From: Pecten maximus
Taxonomy: Eukaryota
Assembly (NCBI RefSeq): GCF_902652985.1
Contig: NC_047019.1
Location: 14,190,097-14,254,096 of the forward strand
Reading direction: 5' to 3'
DNA: 64,000 nt
Position numbers and translations under genes: made by a program. This document shows positions 24,591-37,800 of this stretch, piece after piece. Each line of letters starts with the position of its first letter. Within the stretch, counting starts at the first letter, position 1. Below the pieces are notes generated by a model. That model had not been told where the DNA came from. It searched no databases and was given only the letters and a program-made list of their open reading frames with translations.

Positions 24591-26307
24591 GCAACAGTAC
24601 ATAATGAAATGGCTGTCTAATGGATCACGCTGCTGGTAATTTTAACTATAATTGTATTTCAAATATAATTCTAGAATCTGTATGTTTAAAGATGCACAAG
24701 TTATAGCTAGCTTGCAATATGTTTGCCTGCAAAGCTCTTTCCATTAATACTAACGACAAATGCCTAACCCAGACAATCAAATACCATGTTAAAAACTAAC
24801 CCACTTTATACCCGGTATAAAAGATGTTTCAACGTAACCAAATGTGTATTTAGAGAGGTTTTAAAATGACATGCAGTGTCTTCAGAAAACAGTTCAGTGT
24901 TCCCCATTTGATAAATTCATCAGAAACATTCCATCCTTTTGACAACAATAATTAAGTGATTTACAGGGAGATTAAATACACAAGTTCTCAGAAGGAGTAA
25001 ATCAAAGCATTATAATTATGGTTAATTTTTGACAGCTCAAAATATAGCACCCTCAACCAATTATTTCTGATATTTTGATATCAATCAGTTTGGTTATTTT
25101 AACAATTTTGGGTACAGTACTTTGCATTAGACAGCAGAAGTGTTTCGATACTAGTCCATATTTGACAGTATAAGTACAAATGTACCAGTAATTCAGCATG
25201 GTAATGATATTTTGACCATTATGAGTATTTTGACGGTTCTGGGTAATTTTAAGGTATTGAGTAGTTTGAAAGTACTGGGTATTGTGACTGTACTGTATAT
25301 TTTGATATGAATTTGTAATTTGATAGTAGATGTTTTACGGTATGAATTATTTAAGAATTAATTGCAGTTTGTTTCATTCAAATTTTCATTATTTGTATAT
25401 CATTTTCATATGATTATCAAAAACGTCCACATCCCTTACCAATAAAACAAATTCATAAAAGTGCTGATTTTTTTATTCCAAATGGGTTAATTTGTGTTAT
25501 TTCTATAATGGCAGCTGCATTTTGAAGGAAGTAATCAAAGCTTGTTCTTGTTAATCTCAACTGATTAATTGGTCTTGTCCTTGTTTATTGACTACGTTTT
25601 ATTTTCAGGCGTAATGAGTGTTTTATCAATAAGAATTTTTAATATACAATTGCAGCATTTTGATAATGTTGATACATGATTTTGTTAACCTGAAAAAAAA
25701 TCAACCCACGACGAAGTTATATATGTTAATATATGACCATATAGTTGGTCGGTAAAAAATTGTTTAATTATTAAATGACTGTTTTGATTTTTGATAATGA
25801 TGAAATGAATGCAAATAACACTTGTAGATGTTATGATAGACTAATTTGTGAAGCATTTGTAAATATTACATTATATCATTTAAACATGTCACATTTAATA
25901 CTGTAATTCTTAAGGTATCTTAATAATCGTATAATCATAGTATTGCCTCTCATGTTTCAAAAGCGTGAAAGATATTTTGCATTATTTGACAGGGGGAAGT
26001 AATTCATAATAAATTTATTGTTAAAAACCCAGTCAGCCAGCATTTAAAACCAGCTTTTTTCTTTTATGGCTGGTCAGTGTTATTTTTTAGCAGAATCATA
26101 TGACACTATTGCAGCCAATCAGAAAAAGTAAAATATAAGATTTTATTATAATATTATAAGGCAAATAGTTGTATTAGTTTTAAGAGAAATGTCCTGATTA
26201 GTTGCATTTTTGTGAAAAATAAGCAGTACAAACAGAAAGCTTTTGTGTGAATTTTCTTCAGTTGAGCTTAATTAACAGATCATTGGTTCAAGTTTGAAAT
26301 GTGAACA

Positions 26308-26453
26308 GGCCCCGCTTGTATAAAAATACTTAAGTGTTGAGATTTCCTCAGGTTACTTGAGGAATTTTTATACAAGCCATATTTGAGGAAATCTCTAAGG
26401 AAATCTCAACTAAAGAAAATCTCAAGTTGAGATTTCTTTATGCAAGCGGGGCC
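26308..26453. mobile_element. 146-bp MITE-like hairpin element
   Basis: It has about 18-bp TIRs 'ggccccgcttgtataaa' and 'tttatgcaagcggggcc', and its interior forms a long palindrome. Confidence 0.55.
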
Positions 26454-26544
26454 CGAATGTTTTAACTTTAGGGAAAGAAGTGGTCTGGAAGAGTAATTTT
26501 TACGGTAAATTATCTCCCCTTAGAGAATAATTTTTCTAACATAT

Positions 26545-27059
26545 ACCTGGTGTGGTGTCCGTCTGTCCGTCTAGCGTCATTTTTTTCCAATTAAACAAAT
26601 TCTTTTTAATACCCAAAAGGCCCAGAGTACTGATATTGGGCCTATAGCATGCTGGGATGAAGGGCTACCATGTATATTAAAATGAATGACCTTGACCTAC
26701 ATTCAAGGGCACAGGGATTAAAGAGGCTAAAATCTTATGAATGACTTCTTCACAGAAACCAAGAGGCCCAGAGTACTGATATTGTAGCATGCTGGAGTGA
26801 AGGGCCAGACAGTTTGTTTAAATTAATGACCTTGACCTAAATTCATGGTCACAGGGGTCAAAATATTTTAAAATAAAATCTTTAAACAATGATTTCTCGA
26901 TGACCATGGGACGCAGATACCTGATATTCTGCCAGTGGTACAAAATTCATTTAAATCAAAATATAGTGGTTATCAGCATTTATTCAACATAAATGATCTA
27001 GAACAATTTCGAAGTTACATCAAAAGCAGGTGAGTGATAAAGGCCCATTGGGCCTCTTG
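26545..27059 (-). mobile_element. Helentron-like element, truncated at the hairpin end
   Basis: It has a (gtcc)n-like start 'ggtgtccgtctgtccgtc', 3 tandem units of about 155 bp, and the conserved terminus 'caggtgagtgataaaggcccattgggcctcttg' followed by TT. Confidence 0.5.
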
Positions 27060-27367
27060 TTTATTAGCACATTATACATGTAATCTGGTTTATGTATATC
27101 ATAAGCATGTAAAATAGATCTTCAGAATAGCTATATCGTTAGCTGCACATATAGGTATCATTAGCACATCATGATAGCTATATCATTACCACATTATTAT
27201 AGCATATAAAAGCAATAACATAGTTCAAGTTCTTTATTGACTTTGAGTCTTCTGACTCATCAGTATCATATACATACATAATATACTTATTTACATAACA
27301 TTGACAACATCAAACAAAGCAAGAAAACATAAATTCGTTCCAGAGACAATATACTCGGAGAACATAA

Positions 27368-27652
27368 CTATGCTAAGGAAACTCTTTTGACATTTGGCGT
27401 TTTGATGTTTTTGGCCAATTTTTCTAATTCTTTGGTATTTTGCCCGTTAAATAATTGTAACAATTTGAACATACTTGGTTTTTTAAAATAGTAAATTTTC
27501 AAATTTTTCTTACGAATATCAGAATAACTTGGGCATTTTAGAATAAAATGAAATTCATCCTCGACATCATTAAAATTACATACAGAACAAATTCTCAAGT
27601 GTCGCTGGATATTACAATTATAGCATATACATGTATTCTTATATGCATCCAT
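27368..27652 (-). pseudogene. Fragment of a non-LTR retrotransposon ORF2 C-terminal Cys/His motif
   Basis: A 94-aa ORF contains 'CSVCNFNDVEDEFHFILKCPSYSDIRKK', which matches the conserved C-terminal motif of non-LTR RT proteins. It is short, isolated and has no RT core. Confidence 0.45.
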
Positions 27653-28334
27653 ATGTTACTTCAGTACATTGTTATATTGTGTTATCAGTACACTATATAC
27701 CTGTTATAGTGTGTCTTCAGTACATTTCATATGTATAATTTAGCAGAATGCAGCCATGGTGAAAAAGTGCTAAATTAAACTTTCATCTGCAATACAATGT
27801 GTGCTTACAGTACATTTATCCTGCTAGTAGCATTACAAGGATGCCTTGTGTAACATGTAGGCCTACACATTATCATGAAGGCACCTGTCCATGGTAAGGT
27901 CACCATGTTTTTTTTCTCTCATGTGTACATTAAAGATATATGTCATATAATACTGAGTTGTTTTTGTTGTTGTTGTAGTTGGAAAAGTGTTGATGTAATT
28001 ATAAGTTCTAAGGAATATATTTAGGCCTACAGGTTTATTGTATAACTAAATCCTGTATACTCTATTCTGCCTCAGCTCTAGTAAAATGCAGTTTGCATGC
28101 TGGGTTCATAGCACTATTAATAGACAAGGTAATAGATGATAATGTAGTAGCTGGTGGCGACCACACTGCACGTCATAACGGAGTCCTGCCACATGCTATC
28201 CATGACTCATTACTAGTAATATGAAACTTCACCGAGTGAGCTAACACATCCCTAAATAAACTACAAAATATTTACAATCCAGTAGCATTTGTTCAAAGTG
28301 AGACGTTTTACACTGAGCTTGTGCATAATTAGGC

Positions 28335-28560
28335 AGCGTCGGTCATCTGTTAACAATTCCTTTAAATGGCTACTTCTCCTGAACGGCAGAATGAATTTTG
28401 ACCAAGTTTGATCTGAATCCTGGATACAAAAGCGTGGTGCCCATCATCTGTTAACATTTCCTTTAAATGGCTACTTCTCCTGAACGGCTGAATGAATTTC
28501 GATCAAATTTGATCTTAATCCCGGATGCAATGGCATGATGCCCAATAGGAAACCCATCTG
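28335..28560. repeat. Tandem duplication of about 115 bp, 2 copies
   Basis: The block 'catctgttaaca(a/t)ttcctttaaatggctacttctcctgaacggc(a/t)gaatgaattt' occurs twice. Confidence 0.8.
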
Positions 28561-29261
28561 AATAGATATAAAATCATTTGTTAGGATGAAGGTATTTTGC
28601 CCAAATTTGTTGAGTGATTTGCCACGGTTACTGAAATATTTTCCAGATGAGCGATGCAAGTCCTCTGAATGTTTCGTGAAATAAATGTTTTGTGTTCTTT
28701 CGTTAACTTAAAATATACCACAGTAAGATTTTTAATGCATAAAGATGCACTGTATTTAAAATTCATCCGATTCATATAGAAATTGTCCAGCTTACCGTCA
28801 AGACTCCTTTAGACAAAGCTCTTGTCGGAGTCAGTCACCAGATAAAATAGATACCGACACTAACAATTTCTCATGTCCCTGTGAAAATGAACACCGACAA
28901 AAACAATTTCTAGGTTCCCTGTGATAATGAACTCAGACATTAACTATTTCTCATGCCCCTGTAGCTATTACAGCAGCTACTTTCCGAGTACATTTCGCGA
29001 ATTCAATTCTTTTTGTTCTCTTTTGACTGATCTATTGTAGATATTAAAAAGCTTGCGCAATTCCAAACCCAACATTTTAAAGAGTCATGAAAAGTTCTAC
29101 GGTACAGCAAAAAGACTACACGCGATGGTAGTCGAGGTATACCTATAATATACATGTATCTGCAATTCACACGGGAGTTGTATGTAGGTAATTCACAGTT
29201 CAGAAAGGGAAATTAATCGAAACCGGAATAAAATATGACGCTATTTTTAAATAGAATAATA

Positions 29262-29467
29262 TGGCGTAAGAATGGAACATGCAGACAGTGGAGTTTCCTA
29301 CGTCATAATTGGACTAACCAAGGTATGACGTCACAAACACAAACACGTCACGAAGTGTCGGCGCTTAGCGATGATTTGTCACCGATAACTTTAGGACGTC
29401 GGATGCTTGATGTGGAGGCGTTGCACATTTAGCGATGTTTATCAACGTGGAACACGGAGGTAAGCTT
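29262..29467 (+). promoter_or_regulatory. CRE-rich promoter-like module, copy 1: tgacgtca at 29326-29333 and a splice donor gag|gtaagc at 29460
   Basis: It has the motifs 'tttcctacgtcata', 'tgacgtcac', 'ttaggacgtc' and ends '...gtggaacacggag|gtaagc'. It is one of three diverged copies. Confidence 0.45.
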
Positions 29468-29934
29468 ACATAATATTTTATTGACTGTAAGTGTAGACAG
29501 GGAGGATTATCAGGGAACAAGAGATTGGAAAATGAGAGAGAATTGAGAATACCTGGGAAATGAGGAAATGGGAACAGGGGCTATACTGACTACATTACTC
29601 GTTCCCCCTTTATCAGAAAAAATATGTCCAGATATTTCCCGAATTACTTAGAAACCATTATAATTTGTAGCTACGAAATAAATACATGTATTCTTCGTTG
29701 TTGTTCCGTTGCTAAGCCTACTTTGCTCTGTGGTACGTAACAAGAGGTCCAGAGGCCTACATCGCTCGCCTGGATAATTCACTAACCATGGAAAATACTT
29801 GTCAAATATTTACCTACTTTTTAAGCTGCCTCTCTAACTAAATGTGGACCAAATCCTGCCAGTTTTAAAGAATTTGCTGTATTTCCGCTATTAGAACCCA
29901 ACCCTCCGGCTCATGATTATACAAAATTATATCT

Positions 29935-30595
29935 CAATTGTCCAATAATATTCCAGACAAAATTCCATCAAAACCCATTCAGTCGTACATGACTAATAGC
30001 AGTTTAAACGTTTTACCTCGATTTCCCATATTGGGCCTTTGCTCAGCATTGCCCAATAAATACCCCAGACAAAATTTCATTAAATCCATTCGGTCGTTCA
30101 AGACAATAAGGATTTTAAACTCTATTTACCTTTTTTTTCCAATATTGAGCCCCGACCCTCTGGTCCTTGAGGTGTCACATCCTCCTTTTATACAACATTG
30201 GCACCCTTTTGCCAAATAATACTCAAGACGAAATTCCATCAAATTCCATTCAGCCGCACAGGGCTAGTAGCGGTTTAAGCGTTTTCCCTCTATTTTTCCT
30301 ATCGGGTCTTAACACTCTAAGGTGCCACACTCTCCATTTATACTGTATCGTTTTCGCCCAACAATGCCCTAAATCCACCCAGTCGTTCAAGACAAGTAAA
30401 CGATTAAGCTATATTTTCACAATTCGATCCCATTACTCAGGCCCCAACAGAGCCAAGCCCTCCGTTTATACATTGGATCTCCACTGCTCAATAATACTTC
30501 AAATATACAATATTGCGCAGTATAATGGTCCATACCAAATCATCAATATCCATTCAGTCGTTCTGGATTAGTAGCGATTCTAAGGAAATGTTGAT
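29935..30595. repeat. Tandem repeat of about 120 bp, about 5 diverged copies
   Basis: The block 'aataatactcaagacgaaattccatcaaa(t/a)(t/c)ccattcag(t/c)cg...ttt(a/c)cct...tt(g/t)ggc' recurs. Confidence 0.75.
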
Positions 30596-31109
30596 GAACG
30601 ATATACGCTGCTCCAAGGCATAAGTTCGCCGTCTTTTACCAGATGAGCTAAAAACGAATATTGACATCATTTTGAGGTTTCGTGTTTTTGGTTTTTGCGT
30701 CAGTGTTTTTCGTTATTTCGTCTCTTGCTGCGTAAAGGCGACGATTGACGGGGAAGTAAAAACGATAATCATCGATTGTTCAATAATAATACGATGATAT
30801 TATCATAATAAAACGGTACATATCAAATACGATAGGGAACCAAAAATGGTAGGTAACTTTCTGAGTCGTGTCGCCATACCATTTACATTAGCCGTGTAGA
30901 GTTATAAATCTGTGGTCGAATACCATTAGATATTGTAACTGTACGGTGTCATTCACACCTAGGGATAGTTTGTCTGTAACATATTTAACCAGTGACAAGA
31001 CGGTTGGGTACAAGTTATTATATAGCTATACATATTAAGCCAGGGAAACGAAACTATTCGGATCCAGAAAACGAAACAGGATTAAAAAGTGGCGCCATTG
31101 TATGGTGGC

Positions 31110-31290
31110 TGATTTCGGTCATGTCTCATTGGCGACAGTGCGCCATGGGAAAAAAACGACGGTGCGCCATGCGAAAAGCGAGTGCGCCATGTGAAGAGCG
31201 GAAGTGCGCCATGCGAAGAGTGATAGTGCGCTATGAGAAGAGCGACAGTGCGCCATGCGAAGAGTGACAGTGTCCATATAAAGAGCGACA
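31110..31290. repeat. 15- to 17-bp tandem repeat (agtgcgccatgcgaaga), about 10 copies, directly upstream of module copy 2
   Basis: Read directly. Confidence 0.85.
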
Positions 31291-31317
31291 ATGCGCCCTG
31301 ACGTGGGAATGAATCAT

Positions 31318-31506
31318 ATAGACAGTCGAGTTTCCTACGTCATACGGCTAGTTGAACTAACCAAGTTTTGACGTCACATACGACTCACTAGTGTCTGCAC
31401 TTAGCTAAGATTTATCACTGAGAACTTTAGGACGTCAGAAGCTATAAAAGGAGACTGCATATTTATTGAGTAATGCTTGTTAATGTGGAACACGGAGGAA
31501 AGCGTA
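31318..31506 (+). promoter_or_regulatory. CRE-rich promoter-like module, copy 2: TATA-like gctataaaagg at 31441-31451; the donor is lost
   Basis: It is homologous to 29262-29467 and 32657-32856 and contains 'tgacgtcac' and 'ttaggacgtcag'. Confidence 0.45.
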
Positions 31507-32656
31507 CATAGTATTTCACCGACAAGGCCGTAATAGTGGACGTTTAACCCATTAATTATAATAATAATCCATCGACTTTAGGTCAGATAGGAGGGTCAAG
31601 GAACAAGGGGTCGAGGTGGTAAGAACTGGGTACTAAGGAGTTGGGACCCAGTGACTATAGTGGGTGAGCTAATTCATCGACTGTGTTCATGTTTTTCGTG
31701 GCAGCGAAAAGGCGATGTTTGGCAGTGCGGAAAGACGACAACATATCCTTACAGTGTGTATGTAAGTGTTAATATGTCGTTACGAAATAACGACAATCGT
31801 CGATCAACGTAGCCATACTGGGCTTGGAACGAAGATTATTACTTTGCTCTAGATCTGCGGCACGTCATGATAAACGTAAGGTGATATTAAATGACTGGGT
31901 CGCTAAACATCGACTGCTTTGGATTATTCACGCAACTGTTTTTCTTTGCTGCGAAGACGACAATTTCCTGTGGTTCAGCAATAAAGCAACGGTATATGAC
32001 GTATTTGACTGCACATGACGTGTAAATCTCTTTTTGGGTGCCACAATAACATTATGAAGTAGTCCCGAATCGCGTTGCTATTCCATTCATAACTATGATG
32101 CTGGGTTCGGTACTACATTTCACAGCATCCATTGGTCATTAAACGTTATATTAACAATGTTAAGACCATCTCTTTAAGGGACATGCCTTCGTTTGAATAA
32201 AGTTTATGTCGCCAAAATGAAACTTAATAGGAAATGTGTATTTCCCCCCAAGTAGTAAAAATTAATAACCTTTATATTAATACGAAAGTTTTACTCTCAA
32301 GGGAAACAAAAGTGCTTAAAGTTTTAAATAATAAAAATTCTCAATTCGACTCGAAGTATTACTAATTACCTCAAAGACAGACGGTATTTGTGTACGGAAC
32401 GTCATTTTTCTGTACATTTCGGCGTTAATTTCATTACTGGTAGGCATACAAACTCGTATAATCCTTATTCGGGAATAGATTATATCAATAGAAATGTTGC
32501 ACGTTTCTGATGTCCGAACGAAGGAATGCCCCTTTAAATAACCACATCAATCACCTCGAACATCCAAACAGGAAAGCGAAAATGATAACCATTTAATTCA
32601 TGGAAAAGAATAAGAATAAAAAAGAATAGGATGTCAAATAAAATGAATCGACGGAG

Positions 32657-32856
32657 AAATAGTGTACATTCTGAGAGTCAAGTTTGTTACGTCATAAGTG
32701 AACTAGCCAAGGGTTGACGTCACAGACACATTACGTCACTAAGTGTCCGTGCTTAGCGATGCTTCACTATTAAGAACTTTAGGACGTCAGAGGCTGCAAG
32801 TGAAGAATTTACACATTTAACGATGTTTATCAACGTGGAACACGGAGGTAGGCTTA
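32657..32856 (+). promoter_or_regulatory. CRE-rich promoter-like module, copy 3, with the donor gag|gtaggc at 32848. It lies 1.1 kb upstream of the small-protein gene.
   Basis: It is homologous to copies 1 and 2 and contains 'gttgacgtcac' and 'ttaggacgtcag'. Confidence 0.45.
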
Positions 32857-33964
32857 CATAGGATAGGGGGAAGAAGACTCGATACCCGGAAATTATTTAA
32901 GGGGTCGGAAACTACATTGTTTGTATAGGGAAAACGGTTATAGAACTAGGGTGTAGCGAGAAGACTCAGAATTAATGACCCACCACTGTCCATCCCTCTT
33001 TATTGGTAAATATGTATATCCAAAGAATCCTTGAATTTTTTCAGATGAAATAGCAACGAAATTACCTTTCGGAACCGTTTGCTATTGGGGTCAAATGGAT
33101 AAGTCGATGTCACTTACTATAACTCAAGTTCTCTTGGGTTAAACAAGCACAAACTTCACATGGTGCTTTCAATCGACAATCGGCTTGCTCGGGATAGCTT
33201 CTTGATGTGAAATATGACAAAGGTAAAGGTCACTGTTACTATAGAAAAACTTTCCGCTCAATAATTTGAGTTCCCTTGAACCGATCCGTCCGTCAGGGTC
33301 ACCATCTTTAGTTCATATGATCTAAAGGTAACTGTTGCTATAAAGTGAAACTCTAAGTGCTTTCCCACCAACACGACTTGCTTCGAATTGCTTCTTGATT
33401 TAAAAGGTCACGGTCACTATGACTATACAAAAAAAATCGTTTCCGTGTATCTAGAATATTTTTACTGCCTAAAGGATGTTTTGAATCATCGTTTTGAGAT
33501 GTAGGCAACATATCATGCATTTTTTATGATTATGGTACCATGTTGTCGGTGATTTCATTTGATAACTACGGAAAGCCAGACTATGTAGAAATATCCGAAA
33601 TACTTGACCACTTAAAATTGTCCTCCTGGCTGTGACTACTGAGAGACGAAAAGATATTCGTCAGACAATGTTTTATAATATTGTCCACAACAAAGTCACT
33701 GTCGTAAAACTGACAGACTAACCCCTCCTGTCAAACACTCCAAACCAGCTTTCCTTCCAAATATGTGGCGTGGGAAGGATGTCATAATAACCAGAGACCT
33801 ATATAGTATATAGGTCTCTGTAATAACTTATTTTTTGTCTATGCAAAACTATTTTTCCATAGGCAATATTCTTATAAACAACTTTCGCAAATAGGGACTA
33901 TTTTATGCAGCGGATCCAAAGAAATCTATATTTCCAAGCGTAGTGAATCATGCTCTTGAAAAAA

Positions 33965-34081
33965 ATGGCAGCCGGTCGCGACCGTTTGTCCAGACTGCTA
34001 ATTAGGTTGGTCAACACTGATTGTGGCGACCAGGACTACCTGGATTCGTCGTTACTTCGTCTGGACAATCTGGCCATTAAG
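33965..34081 (+). CDS. Small basic protein gene, exon 1 (ATG at 33965; an alternative in-frame ATG lies at 33950)
   Basis: aaaATGg is a Kozak-like context. The exon encodes MAAGRDRLSRLLIRLVNTDCGDQDYLDSSLLRLDNLAIK. The donor is aag|gtagga (phase 0). An acceptor-like 'tatatttccaag' lies at about 33940, just upstream. Confidence 0.5.
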
Positions 34082-34731
34082 GTAGGAGGAATGAGTCATC
34101 GCTATAGCGAGTCCAGTAGACTCGTCTTAGACTGAACTTACTAGCAGGGGAAAGTAATCTTGGTAACGTTGGATCAGGCGACGTTGACGTCATTTCGTCA
34201 TCCATTTTCCCGCTGAAACTTCGATCGCGTAGGAATATTTACAAAGTTGTAAGGTTATTTTTGATTGGCTAATAGATTGATCAGAATTCTAATATTGTCT
34301 GTGCAAAAATAGAATTAAATTTTGCACAGGCAAAAATAATTTTTCATATGCAAAAATATTTAATTATGACACACTATTTTTAAGCTTCCCGCGCCAAACA
34401 AGTACGTCATTCTAAAACTCGGGTTAGAGCATGTAACTGAATGGAAGGTCACATCACAGATTCATTCAAATGTTGGCATGCATCTACTGTACATGTAGCA
34501 CCAGTATTCATTAATAAATATCAAAAAGAAAATAACTACTTTTCCCATCCAACTCCTCTCTGGCAATTCCCCTGCAAATGGTTGGCCAGTACCATAATTC
34601 GATTTCGCCGGCATCCATCTTTGGTGACCGTAGTAAATATTACGGTCACCACTGTGTACACACTGATTATTGTAAAAGTACATGAATTAGAATTATATGT
34701 GTTGCATTATAAATCTGTTTCAGATGGTAAG

Positions 34732-34810
34732 ACACTGTTGGTGAACCCCGACTGTAATGCTGTAATTCTACAGGATTACGTGAGGAGGTCGTGTGGTATC
34801 AAGTCTACAG
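34732..34810 (+). CDS. Small basic protein gene, exon 2 (the acceptor is uncertain: 34732 is phase-consistent; 34724 after tttcag is not)
   Basis: The donor is tacag|gtaggt at 34811. The exon encodes TLLVNPDCNAVILQDYVRRSCGIKST, which repeats the LVN-x-DC...DY motif of exon 1. A total CDS of 642 nt (3x214) holds only with the 34732 start. Confidence 0.45.
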
Positions 34811-34875
34811 GTAGGTCTCTATAATGGCTTTATAACGTCAAACTGAGCAACGAATTAATAGTCGGTATAAATAAA

Positions 34876-37800
34876 CAAGAGGCCCATGGGCCTTAACGGT
34901 CATCTGACAAACACTTACACTTACAGCAGGGACACACCCCTCAATCCAGCATTATTACCATAAATTATTTATCGCAGCCAGTTATGTTTTAGATCAAATT
35001 TGGTTTTTATCCATTTAGCTTGTCCAGGAAGAGCAGCATCATAAAGCAAAATTTTAGCCAAGTTCCCATTTTTGGGGCATGCCCCTCTGTCCCAATAGGT
35101 CAGACAAGACTCATTTATATCAATTAGGATTGCCTTTCCCCAATGATGTTTCATACTAAATATAGTTGTAATCAATTAAGGCATTAAGGAGGAATTGCAT
35201 TTTAAAGAAATATTTAACCTAAGCGCTCCTTTTGCCCCATCTTTTTTTCCCCAGGGGTCAAACCTGTCTCATTAAAAAATATGATTGCCGTCACCTTATG
35301 TTTCACATCAAATTAGGTTGTAATCCACCAAAAGGTTAGGGAGGATTAGGATTTAACAGCAAATATTCACCAAAGTTCCCCTTTTGGGGCCCTGCCCCTC
35401 AGGCCCCAGGGGTCACACTAGCCTCGTTTATATAAAATATGACCACCCTTCCCAAAGGATGTTTCACACCATATTTCGTATTAATCCACCCAAGGGTTAG
35501 AGAGAAGTAGGATTTATAGCAAAAATTCACCAAAGTTCCCCTTTTGGGGCCCCGCCCCTCTGGCCCTAGGGGTCAAACCAGCCTCATTTATATAAAATAT
35601 GATTGTCCTCCTCCAATGATGTTTCACACCAAATTTGGTAATAATTCACTATGGGGGTTAGGAGGAGTAGTATTTTAAAGCAAAATTTCATCAAAGTTCC
35701 CCTTTTGGGGCCCTGGGCCCATATTCATAAAAAAACTTAAGTTAAGTATTTCACTTAAGAAAATACTTAAGTAGGACATTTGTACTTAAGTACTAAAATA
35801 AACTTAAGTATTTACTTAATTCAAGGTTTTATCTTAAGTTGTATTCATAAAACTACTTAAGCTTAAGTATTACTTAAGTTTTTACTTAAAGTTAAGTAAC
35901 GTCACGAGGATGTTTAACTTCCTTTAAAAATACTTAAGTAAATACTTAACAACTCAGGTGAAAGATGTCTTCACGAAATCGACAGAAATCAAATTGTTTT
36001 TAAGAAAAAAAATCATTAACTTCAGATTTTGTTGTATTCCATCATTTAAAACAAGATGTAAAGGTTTGAATCGAAGATGGAGGAGTCAATCTCACTGTCG
36101 TTAAGGCCCATTACGAAGTCAATACTACAACGACACGGAGCAATTGTAGTTTATAAGAAACATACCCATATACCAATCAAATTCTATTTAGATAAAACTT
36201 CATTTTTGTTTCTCTTGCTGACTTTGACAAAGCAGAAATACTGCCTCAAAGTTTTATTGTATCTTTTATTCATTAATCTAAAAAAATGTATATCTATAGA
36301 GTTCTTACCTGTGTATTAAAAAACATTGTGGTTACTTGTACTTTAACTTAAAACCCGTTCATGTGCATTCCAGCCCTGTCATGTAGTACTCCCCTGCTTT
36401 GATAACGAAACGAAAGTTTTAAATAACAGTTGATTGTTGTGACAGTTCTAGCATGCTTGGGGGTGGGATTTTACAGATCGTACAATGTAACTAGGGGTTT
36501 GATATGTACATTTCAACTGATGTTTGGTTTAGTGGAAATCAACTAAAACGTACTTGTTCTCCTTGACTCTACGATGAACACGATATGTGCATTTTTGGCC
36601 TGAACGACGAGGTTAGTCTAATTTTCGTGCATTCTTCCGACTCTCTCCTGATTAATACATTTGATCTGTTCAATCTGCCGGCAACCTGAACCCACGCTTG
36701 CCTATTTGCAGATGCCGACATTCCGTCCTTAAATCGTCCACGTATGACATGTTTACTTTCACTTGTAAACATGTACTAGCCTCACCATCGCCAGACATTC
36801 GTCCTTTGTCCAGTTTGGTCATCTCATCTTTTTTGCTGTTGCCATTTCCGGATTCTGATCGTCTTGGAATGCCAGGAACGCCGGTGCCAAATTTCACGTT
36901 TTACGAAAAACATCACGCAGCTACTTAACAACAACATAGCAACTACATGAAATACTTAAATGTTTATACTTAGCTAAGTATGTACTAAGTAAATACTTAA
37001 GTCGTTTATGAATAGTACTTAAGTTCAAACTTGAGTTTTATTTAACTAAGTAAAATATTTATAGTTAAGTATAACTTAAGTCAAACTTAAGTATTTAACT
37101 TAAGATTTTTTATGAATATGGGCCCTGCCCTTCTGGCCCCAGGGGCCACACCAGCCTAATTTATATAAAATATGACCACCTTCCCCCAATGATGTTTCAC
37201 ACCATATCTTGTTGAAATCCACCAAAGGGTTAAGGAGGAGTAGGATTTTATAGCAAAATTTCATCAAAGTTCCCCTTTTGGGGCCCTGCCCCTCTGGCCC
37301 CAGGGGCCACACCAGCCTCATTTATATAAAATATGACCACCCTCCCCCAATGATGTTTCACACAATATCTGGTTGAAATCCACCAAAGGGTTAAGGACGA
37401 GTAGGATTTTATAGCAAAATTTCATCAAAGTTCCCTTTTTTTGGCCCGTCACTCTGGCCCCAGGGCTCACACCAGCCTCATTTATATAAAATATGACCAC
37501 CCTCCCCCAATGATGTTTCACACCAAATTTAGTTGTAATCCACCAAAGGGTAAAGGAGGAGTAGGATTTTATAGCAAATATCCACCAAAGTTCCCTATTT
37601 AGGGCCCGCGAGGCCCCTCTGGCCCTAGGGGTCAGACCAGCCTCGTTTATATAAAACATGATTGTCCTCCTCCAACGATGTTCCACACCAAATTTTGTAA
37701 TAATCTACTTTTGGGTTTTGGAGGAGTAGTATTTTAAAGCAAAATTTCATCAAAGTTGCCCTTTTGGGGCCCCGCATCTCTGGCCCCAGGGGTCACACTA

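Noticed and set aside
34441-34731. The upstream part of ORF 34441..34824 (MEGHITDSFKCWHAST...)
   Set aside because: It has no acceptor or start context and is not needed for a closed gene model, so it is treated as intronic.
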